This document shows, piece after piece, positions 31,573 through 39,294 of a DNA stretch of 64,000 bases. The DNA comes from Halobacteriovoraceae bacterium (GTDB taxonomy: Bacteria > Bdellovibrionota > Bacteriovoracia > Bacteriovoracales > Bacteriovoracaceae). The notes beneath the pieces were generated by a model. It worked only from the letters and a program-made list of their open reading frames with translations, was not told the DNA's origin and ran no database searches. Location: the NCBI GenBank assembly GCA_963719505.1, contig CAVRCF010000002.1, forward strand, positions 320,001 to 384,000, given 5' to 3'. A program made the position numbers and the translations under genes. Numbering within the stretch: the first letter of the stretch is position 1; each line of letters opens with the position of its first letter.

Positions 31573-32996
31573 ATGAGAAAAGTAGAAATAATAAAACCCG
31601 ATAGTTTTGAACAAGAGGATCACTTTTATCCCAAAGCCCTTAATTCTCAACTCCATGCTATGGTAGGGCATTTTTTCAATCTCGATCATGACAGAATTGT
31701 AAAAAGATATAGCCATCTCAACCCACAGGTTAATAGCGAAAATTTAAAATCAATTCTCAAGTATCAGTCAAACCATTTCTTTTGGGGGGAGCTGACCTTT
31801 TCTATGTTGCAACAGAGCAAGGAAATAGAAAGATGGTGGTTCTCGAGACAAACTCTTGTCCTTCAGGTCAAAAGTCAATGCCTCCTCGTGGTGACTCAGA
31901 TGAATTTCGAGGTTATAGATATTTAATTGAAAATTCTTTTATTCCTCAACTCAAAAAGAAAGACCTTCCCCCTGGTGCTCTCGCTGTTATTTATGACAAA
32001 AACTATATGGAAGTTTCCGGCTATGCTGCAACGATAGCTGAACTAACAGGTGAAGACGTCTATTTGATTCCGCACTTTAATGAAGAGAAACATTTTTTAA
32101 AGTTTGATGATGGAGTCTTGATCTATAAAGATGATCAGGGTGTCGATATTCCAATCCGTGCTGCTTTTAGATATGTGACTCAAAAGCCTTGGAATCGAAT
32201 TCCCGTTGTCACAAAAACATTTATTTTCAATTCAACTCTCGTCTGTCTCTCAGGTGGACGCAATAAATTATTAGCAAATAAGGCGTATGAAATTTATAAT
32301 AGTGAACTGATGGATAGTGGTCTGGAGATCATGATGCCTGAGACGATCAAAGATGTTTCTAAAATAGAAATTCCTCTTTGGGTTCAAAAATTTGGTGGAA
32401 AAGCTGTCATCAAAAACCCTTACTCAAATGCTGGTCAAGGAGTCTATACTGTTACCAGTGAAAAAGAGCTTGCCGCTTTTATGGAAGAGGATCATCCTTA
32501 TGATCAGTTTATCGTTCAAAGTTTAATTGGTCATTATGACTGGAGTTCTAATAGTTCTCAGGGAAAGTTTTTTCATATCGGAACCGTTCCAAATAAGAAA
32601 GGAAATATCTACATAGCAGACCTTAGAGTGCTTGTTTATTCTTCACCGCAGGGATTTCTTCCCTGTGCAATATATGCAAGAAGAGCAAAGCTTCCAATGA
32701 CTCCTACGATTGAATCAAACTCTTGGGAAGTTCTAGGGACAAATCTTTCTGAAAAGAAAGGAGAAAACGAGTGGACCTCCGATACAAGTAGACTCATGCT
32801 AATGGATAGAAAAGATTTTAACTCTCTAGGTGTAGGGATTGATGATTTGATTGAAGCTTATATTCAGACAGTTATGACAATTATTGCAATCGATAAAATG
32901 GCCACTAATCTTGTGGATAAAAACGGAGAGTTTGATCAAGAATTGTTTAAATCACTCGATAGCGATGAATCGCTCTTTAAGGAAATTTTGATATGA
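31573..32996 (+). pseudogene. Circularly permuted ATP-grasp ligase with a frameshift in the G6 run at 31784-31789 (probably assembly error)
   Basis: Adding one G joins the two ORFs (…NHFFWGGADLFY…). ATP-grasp motifs: ADL…VLETNS, IKNPYSNAGQGV, IVQSL, DLRV. Confidence 0.7.
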
Positions 32997-34012
32997 GTAA
33001 AGTTTTAACGATTAAAACAAAAGAAGAGCTGAGTATCGAGTCACTTGGAGCAGCAGAAGTTCATAGGATCCATCTTCATCTTTCTGATAATGCCCTTGGT
33101 GTGCCTTGGCGTCTTCCTTTAATTATTATTAAAGGAGCAAGTGAAGGTCCTACCGTTGGTATTACAGCGGCTCTTCATGGAAATGAACTGAACGGAATTT
33201 CTACTATCTTTAAACTGATTGAACTCGTTGACCCTACAAAGCTCAAAGGAAATTTAATTCTAGTTCCTATCACAAATGTCCCGGGTTACTTGATGGATCA
33301 AAGAAAATTTTCAGATGAAGTTGATCTAAATCGTATCATGCCAGGAAAGCCAGTGGGGTCGGCCAGTCAGATATATTGCCACAATCTTGTCACAAAAATT
33401 ATAGGGAAGTTTGACTACCTTCTTGATCTGCATACTGCAAGTCCAGGTAGAGTAAACAGTCTTTATATTCGAGCAGATATTGAATCTGAGGTCACAAGAA
33501 ACTTGGCCTACCTTCAGAATCCTCAAATTATCGTGAAGAAATTTGATGAGGAAGGGACGTTGAGATCTTGGGCGAATGACAATGGGATTCCCTCTATTAC
33601 AATTGAGATCGGTAATCCAAACGCCTTTCAACATAGTCTTATCGATGAAACTCTTGAGGGCATCATGAATACACTTTATTACCTTGAGATGCTTGAAGGA
33701 GAGGTCAAGGACATGGTAACTGAACATGCCATTGTTTGTGACAGCTCTTACTGGATCTATTCAAAGAAGGGTGGCATTATTGATGTTATGCCAAAGCTTG
33801 CTGATGAGGTGAAAGAGGGGCAAATCATTGCAAAGATTTTCGATGTTTTTGGTCAAATTAAAGAACTTGTGAAAGCGGATAGATCGGGGATCGTCATCGG
33901 TAAAAATGTTAATCCAAGGTGCGATGCTGGGACGAGAGTTCTTCATTTGGGGGTAAGTATCTTCGAGCCTGAAACAGAAGATATTCCAGGCCATGAAGAC
34001 TTTGAAGACTAG
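32993..34012 (+). CDS. Succinylglutamate desuccinylase/aspartoacylase (M14) family protein
   Basis: HGNELNG, DLNR, DLH and IEIG motifs; C-terminal biotinyl/lipoyl-like barrel; ATGA overlap with the upstream gene. Confidence 0.9.
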   Translation: MSKVLTIKTKEELSIESLGAAEVHRIHLHLSDNALGVPWRLPLIIIKGASEGPTVGITAALHGNELNGISTIFKLIELVDPTKLKGNLILVPITNVPGYLMDQRKFSDEVDLNRIMPGKPVGSASQIYCHNLVTKIIGKFDYLLDLHTASPGRVNSLYIRADIESEVTRNLAYLQNPQIIVKKFDEEGTLRSWANDNGIPSITIEIGNPNAFQHSLIDETLEGIMNTLYYLEMLEGEVKDMVTEHAIVCDSSYWIYSKKGGIIDVMPKLADEVKEGQIIAKIFDVFGQIKELVKADRSGIVIGKNVNPRCDAGTRVLHLGVSIFEPETEDIPGHEDFED

Positions 34013-34013
34013 T

Positions 34014-34547
34014 TTACAAAATGAGGTCGATAGCACCGTTAATAATTGGTGCAATCTCTGCTCTTGAATATAACGTTATTAAAGGCATAGATCGACCAGC
34101 AACATAAAGCTTCTCAAATGAAAGCTCCGGGTTGTAGATCTGATCATTTTCTGAGGGCCTTGTAATAAAAAAGTTAAACGTTAATCTATTTTTATCAATA
34201 TCACTCATTCTCAACCCGAGTTCCTGAGCTAAGGCTTGTCTGTCAATCTTTGTATCAAGATCAATTGTTACAAGTTTTGCGTGACATTTATTTATAGCAA
34301 GGTCAATATTCCCTTCGTACTTTCCATTTGTAAGAGTAATATACTTTTAAAAAAACTTGGGTGAACGATCTGAAAAAATGTCACCTGAGAATGTTGTACA
34401 AACTCTTGATGTGGATGTTGATTTATAAACTAACGATACTTTTGTATAAGTTAAAAACGATACTTTGCTAGATAAATCTAATTTTAGATCTACTGAACTT
34501 GCCAACGCTGATACGCTTAGCAATAGGGTTGTAAGAATTATTTTCAT
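34014..34547 (-). pseudogene. Secreted hypothetical protein (~177 aa) split by an in-frame TAA at 34347-34349
   Basis: SD aaggag and signal peptide at ATG 34547. The frame continues past the stop (…PKFF*KYITLTNGKYEG…) to 34014. The stop lies at a T7/A4 homopolymer junction. Confidence 0.65.
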
Positions 34548-34735
34548 GATGATCTCCTTTTTATAAGTACTTATCATCACCGTTTCAAAAAACGCTGTTC
34601 AGACTGTAAAAAGTTCATAGGTAACCAAAAAAAATTAAGAGAAAAGTGAGGAAAGATAGAGTTAGGGAATATGATGTTGGGTGAGGCATTATGGGTTTCG
34701 ATTCAATAATTCCACTCCATTCCCTCGTAGCTTTT

Positions 34736-34783
34736 AAAAAAAGTCACCGGAAGAAAAAGCAGTAGCGATCTTCCAGTGACTTT
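34736..34783 (-). terminator. Intrinsic terminator hairpin downstream of 34804-35772
   Basis: aaagtcaccggaaga…tcttccagtgacttt stem with an adjacent A run (U tract on the minus strand). Confidence 0.6.
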
Positions 34784-34803
34784 ATAATGACTTTTTTTAA
34801 CCT

Positions 34804-35772
34804 TTAAACAACAGTAATTCTTGCTGCTTGGCTTCCTGCTCTTCCGACAAAACCAGAAAGGATCAGTCCCATTAAAAGAACGCCAAATAAGACGGCTAAT
34901 GTTGTCGCGATATCATTTTTAATCATATCAGCTTCCTGAACAATTTCCTCTTGAGCTTGTTGTACTTCGTTTCTCAGTCTTGGGATTGTTGTATCTAGTC
35001 TTTGAGAAATTTCATTTATTTCTCTCTCCCAATTTTTTGCCATGCGGTTGACCTGACTTTCAGACAGATCAGAATTTTTTTCAATAATATTTTTTATCTT
35101 ATCTTCAGTTGCCAAGTTAGCTAGTCTGTCTTTAGAAGATTGTAATTGCATTTGAATTCTTTCTAATCCTCTTTCTACTCTGTTGGGATTAATTGCGGCA
35201 GCAATAACAACATCTCTAACAGTCGCTTTAATTTGAACGTACTCACTTCTCACGGCCTCTTTAACCTCAGGAGCTGCTATCTGCTCAATTGAGTTTTCAA
35301 TTTGTCGGTAGCTCAAATCATCCATTCCGATTTGAACATCAAGGTTTTGAAAAGCTGAATAATTTGCTGGAACTAATGAAGCCACTGCGTTGGCTGATTT
35401 TGATGCCATAAAGCTTATTCCATTTGCTATCGAGCTAACAGTAAGAAGAGAAATAATTGACCAAACAACTAATCCACTTGCTACTCCAGAGAAAGATGTC
35501 ACGCTTCCAGATAGCCTTGCAGCTGTATAGGCCCCAACTCCAACGGCGATTGAATAGGATGCGAAAAGCCAAATACCTGTGCTCCAAGTACTCGCTGTAA
35601 GACTAATTCCATTCTCAAAGTCCATAACGGCAATACCCACTACACTTGAGAGAAGAGTAAAGAGAAAGAAAAGCGCGAAAGCGATAAGCGTTCCACCCGC
35701 GATGGCCCCCCATGATATATGAGGCAAGATTAGATTTGACTGTGATTCATTGACGTTGATTTGTGATGACAT
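34804..35772 (-). CDS. Membrane protein with N-terminal TM bundle and coiled-coil periplasmic region
   Basis: ISWGAIAGG, GAYTAARL and GLVVW motifs of a widespread uncharacterised family; C-terminal TM. Confidence 0.75.
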   Translation of the reverse strand: MSSQINVNESQSNLILPHISWGAIAGGTLIAFALFFLFTLLSSVVGIAVMDFENGISLTASTWSTGIWLFASYSIAVGVGAYTAARLSGSVTSFSGVASGLVVWSIISLLTVSSIANGISFMASKSANAVASLVPANYSAFQNLDVQIGMDDLSYRQIENSIEQIAAPEVKEAVRSEYVQIKATVRDVVIAAAINPNRVERGLERIQMQLQSSKDRLANLATEDKIKNIIEKNSDLSESQVNRMAKNWEREINEISQRLDTTIPRLRNEVQQAQEEIVQEADMIKNDIATTLAVLFGVLLMGLILSGFVGRAGSQAARITVV

Positions 35773-35963
35773 TTGTTTCTCCTTTTTCTTAAGTTATAGT
35801 CAATCGAAATTGTAAGGGCTTCACAGACTGAAGTATTTAATGGAAGTTATATAGTTCTTGTTCAAATATACACATGAGACCTTTTTGAGGCTTTGAGGTG
35901 CAGTGTCCTTAAATGCGCTTAATTCCAGATGACAGTAAAGGCTTATTTTGCTAAGGTCGCGCT

Positions 35964-36239
35964 ATGAAGCTTTTTCTGTCCTCTTTATTCATTTTATTAT
36001 GTGTTACAACATCTTTAGGGAGTAAAGCTCATTTTCATGATCACGATTCAATAGAGGTTGAATGCCTCGATTGTCTTTTATCAGCAAGCCATAGTGCTTC
36101 TGATGCTTTAGAGTCACAACCAACAGCTGTTATCGATTCTGTAGTGCTCTACAGTACTGTCTTTACTGCTTTGCCAGTTTCTAGATATCTTTTTGATCCT
36201 TCTCTTTATAGGTACTCTCGAGGACCTCCCATTTCTTAA
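35964..36239 (+). CDS. DUF2946/CruR-like metal-binding leader peptide
   Basis: Signal peptide, HFHDH, CLDC and C-terminal RGPP; first gene of the metal-uptake operon. Confidence 0.7.
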   Translation: MKLFLSSLFILLCVTTSLGSKAHFHDHDSIEVECLDCLLSASHSASDALESQPTAVIDSVVLYSTVFTALPVSRYLFDPSLYRYSRGPPIS

Positions 36240-36301
36240 ATTTAAATACGTTTTTTTACCTTTAAATTTAAAATCCCAAAATTGGGGAAGAGGAGCTCAC
36301 T

Positions 36302-37399
36302 GTGAGATCATTTTATATCATTATTATTTTAGTCGTTTGTTCAAAGCTGTATGGGCAAAGCACCATGATCCAAAATAGAGGAAGTCAGTTTAATCCCGCA
36401 ACAGGATTAAATGCGACAATGCTTATGCGAAAATCAGAAAACGATACCGAGCACGATGGCTTTATGCTCCAAGGGGTGGAGTTACAATTCAACTCTGATG
36501 TCGATGCCTACTTTAGGGCCCAAGTGGTTATTGGTGTTCATCCAGAGATTCATGAACATCATGACGAAGAAGAAGAAGAAGAACATGAAGAAGAAGAAGG
36601 TCATAACCAATACGAGATTCACCCCGAAGAGGCTTATGTCGAGACGATTGCAATTCCTTCGGTAACTCTAAAAGCGGGAAAGTTCCTTTCTCAATTTGGA
36701 AAGTATAATGCCATCCATCTTCACGCACTTCCCTTTGTTTATAGAGGAGTGGTTCAAAAAGAAGTTTTTGGAGGTGAGGGCTTTACGGCGCCAGGTGTCT
36801 CAGCTTCTTTTCTCTTACCAATAGGCTGGTATAGCGAGTTATCTCTAGAGGCGATGCAGTCTGACAATGAGACTTTATTTGTAAAATCATCTAATGCCAC
36901 AGTTTACGTCGCTAAAATGAAAAACCTATGGGACTTAAACGACGAGACCACAATTGAGTGGGGTCTGTCTGGACTCAATTACGAAAGAGCAAGTTTTGGA
37001 GATAATGAAAAAGAGACCTCCAAACTTTTAGGAACCGATCTGACAATTAAATGGCGTCCTACCCAAAATGGAAGAAGCTCTTCTGCAATGTGGTCAACAG
37101 AATTTATTCAAAAGCAAAGGTCTGGAACAGTTAATTCTGAAAATGGTGGAATCACATCATTTATTAGGTATCAAATCAAACAAAGATGGTTCACCCAAGC
37201 CCAATATGAATTTTATGGAATTAATAAATCTGATGATGAGGAAAGTATACAGGCTTACACAGGGCTTATTGGATACATTCCCAGTGAGTTTTCGGCCATT
37301 AGATTACAGTTCGATAAAATAAGTTCACACGAAGATGACTCGAGAATATCTCTTCAGTTTAATATGAGTATTGGTGCCCATCCTGCACATAATTATTAA
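36302..37399 (+). CDS. Zinc-regulated outer-membrane porin/receptor-like protein
   Basis: His/Glu-rich loop, EEAY and LKAGKF motifs, C-terminal IGAHPAHNY. Confidence 0.75.
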   Translation: MRSFYIIIILVVCSKLYGQSTMIQNRGSQFNPATGLNATMLMRKSENDTEHDGFMLQGVELQFNSDVDAYFRAQVVIGVHPEIHEHHDEEEEEEHEEEEGHNQYEIHPEEAYVETIAIPSVTLKAGKFLSQFGKYNAIHLHALPFVYRGVVQKEVFGGEGFTAPGVSASFLLPIGWYSELSLEAMQSDNETLFVKSSNATVYVAKMKNLWDLNDETTIEWGLSGLNYERASFGDNEKETSKLLGTDLTIKWRPTQNGRSSSAMWSTEFIQKQRSGTVNSENGGITSFIRYQIKQRWFTQAQYEFYGINKSDDEESIQAYTGLIGYIPSEFSAIRLQFDKISSHEDDSRISLQFNMSIGAHPAHNY

Positions 37400-37409
37400 G
37401 GGGGAGAGA

Positions 37410-38282
37410 ATGAAAATTTTATTGTTTCTCATCACACTAAACTGCTTTGCAACCTTAAAAGTCGTGACAACAACTTCAAATCTTAAAGCGCTCACTAAGA
37501 CAATTGGTGGAGATAAGGTTGAGGTTCTGGGGCTTTGTAAAGGGGCTCAGGACCCTCACTTCTTAGAAGCAAAACCTAGCTATATTTTTAAACTATCCAA
37601 AGCTGATCTGTTGGTCAGTGTTGGCGCTGACTTAGAGATAGGGTGGCTTCCTCTTATTATCCAAGGCAGTAGGCAGCCTAAATTGAGAGTTGGGCAAAAA
37701 AATCATTTAGTCGCAGCTAATTCCGTAGAGCTTCTTGAGAAGATTGAGGGAAGAGTCTCAAGGGCGCAAGGTGATGTTCATCCCAATGGAAATCCTCACT
37801 TTATGCTCTCTCCTATGGAGTCAATTAACGTGGGAGAGGCTTTGGCGAATAAGCTCTCAACTGTCGATCCCCAAAATGCAACATTTTATAAAGAGAACCT
37901 TGAAGCTTATAGACAATCGATTCTAAAGAAGATGATTGAGTGGAAAAAAAGGGTTCCTAAAAACCAAAAGGTGGTCACTTATCATAGAACGCTATCTTAC
38001 TTTTATAGGGACTTTGAGATAGAGAATATTGATGTTCTTGAGCCAAAGCCTGGTGTTCCACCAAGTGCCTCTCATATTATGAACCTCATAAAGAAAATGA
38101 AAAAAATGAAGACGAATATTATCATTGTAGAAAACTACTTTAACGATGCAGTCGCGAAGAGAATTCAAAGAGAAATACCTAATATCAAAGTTAGGACTGT
38201 TCCTGTAGCCGTGCAAGGCACAGAAGGTATAGAGAACCTTATTGATCTTTACTCATTCTTAGTTAAAAGCGTGGAGAATTAA
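37410..38282 (+). CDS. Zn/Mn ABC transporter substrate-binding protein (ZnuA/TroA family)
   Basis: DPHF, GNPHF, TYH and EPKPGVPP motifs. ATG 37410 follows the SD ggggag. Confidence 0.9.
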   Translation: MKILLFLITLNCFATLKVVTTTSNLKALTKTIGGDKVEVLGLCKGAQDPHFLEAKPSYIFKLSKADLLVSVGADLEIGWLPLIIQGSRQPKLRVGQKNHLVAANSVELLEKIEGRVSRAQGDVHPNGNPHFMLSPMESINVGEALANKLSTVDPQNATFYKENLEAYRQSILKKMIEWKKRVPKNQKVVTYHRTLSYFYRDFEIENIDVLEPKPGVPPSASHIMNLIKKMKKMKTNIIIVENYFNDAVAKRIQREIPNIKVRTVPVAVQGTEGIENLIDLYSFLVKSVEN

Positions 38283-38283
38283 A

Positions 38284-39090
38284 ATGGAAGTCATAAACTT
38301 TCTTCTTGCTCCCTTTTTAATGTGTCTCGTTTTAGTTGGAATTCACTGCTACTTAGGTTTACACGTCTTAAGAAGAGAGGTGATCTTTATTGATCTCTCT
38401 TTAGCTCAAGTGGCAAGCCTTGGAAGTACAGTTGCTCTTTTATTTCATGTTGAGCATCACTCCAGTGGATCCTATTTTCTCTCACTTGGATTTACACTTT
38501 TAGCTGCGCTCTACTTTGCTTGGGCGAAAAAATTTGAGAAGAAAATTTCTCAAGAGGTTTTAATCGCTCTCGTTTATGCTTTTTCATCGGCAGCAGTTGT
38601 CCTTGTGGTCAATATGCTCGCCCACGGAGCTGAACATATTAAAGAAATACTCGTTGGTAAGATTCTTTGGGTTAGTCTTGACGAGGTTAAAGAGACCGCA
38701 CTTATCTATCTAGGCGTCGCTATTGTTCATTACCTTTTTAGAAAGCAGATGTTTAAAGCGACCAACGGTGAAGTTGAGAATCATAAGTTTTGGTGGGATT
38801 TTTTGTTCTATGCCCTTTTTGGAGTGGTTATAACTTCTTCGGTAGGCATTGCTGGAATTCTTCTTGTCTTCTCTTTTCTTGTTGTTCCGGCGTTGATTAG
38901 TATGCAGTTGGTGAAGAGTATCAAAAGCCAGCTTCTTTTGGGTTGGCTAATAGGCAGTCTCTTGTCTTTGGTGGGAATGTTCTTGAGCTATCGTTATGAT
39001 TTACCCTCAGGGGCCATCATCGTCGTGGTTTTCACCTTGGTGCCTTTAGTTGGGTTGATTTTAATGGGGATGATAAAGTTGAGAAAATGA
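38284..39090 (+). CDS. Zn/Mn ABC transporter permease (ZnuB family)
   Basis: LGLHVL…FIDLSLAQ, GILLVFSFLVVPA and DLPSGA motifs. Confidence 0.88.
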   Translation: MEVINFLLAPFLMCLVLVGIHCYLGLHVLRREVIFIDLSLAQVASLGSTVALLFHVEHHSSGSYFLSLGFTLLAALYFAWAKKFEKKISQEVLIALVYAFSSAAVVLVVNMLAHGAEHIKEILVGKILWVSLDEVKETALIYLGVAIVHYLFRKQMFKATNGEVENHKFWWDFLFYALFGVVITSSVGIAGILLVFSFLVVPALISMQLVKSIKSQLLLGWLIGSLLSLVGMFLSYRYDLPSGAIIVVVFTLVPLVGLILMGMIKLRK

Positions 39091-39217
39091 TCGAAACTTT
39101 AAATGTTGAATGTTCAACCGAGGTTGAATCTTTATGACAAAATTTCCTTTAGCTTTTTCTTCAAAAACCATCGTTCTTTTTTTGTCACGAATCTTCATTT
39201 TGAAGTTTCGATCATTT
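39085..39217. repeat. Long imperfect inverted repeat (~130 nt stem-loop)
   Basis: aaatgatcgaaactttaaatg (39085-39105) pairs with cattttgaagtttcgatcattt (39196-39217). Inner pair tgacaaaa/ttttgtca. Confidence 0.7.
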
Positions 39218-39240
39218 CCTATACCTAGGATATAGGAAAT
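39214..39240. terminator. Hairpin between convergent genes, possible bidirectional terminator
   Basis: Perfect 10-bp stem atttcctata-cctagga-tataggaaat. Confidence 0.55.
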
Positions 39241-39294
39241 TTAGATTTTTATCTTCTAAGACTTTATAAGCTTAGGTAAACAAATGAATACAAT

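Noticed and set aside
31780-31790. Programmed -1 frameshift or poly-G phase variation
   Set aside because: G6 is short, there is no in-frame X XXY YYZ heptamer or evident stimulator, and other indels in the window point to assembly error.
7887-34349. TAA reassignment or readthrough (alternative genetic code) suggested by three in-frame TAA codons
   Set aside because: TAA is the normal stop of many genes here, and long conserved genes contain none internally. One case sits at a homopolymer junction. Error or nonsense mutation is simpler.
36551-36605. GAA-rich microsatellite-like tract
   Set aside because: It is the coding sequence of the His/Glu metal-binding loop, not an independent repeat element.
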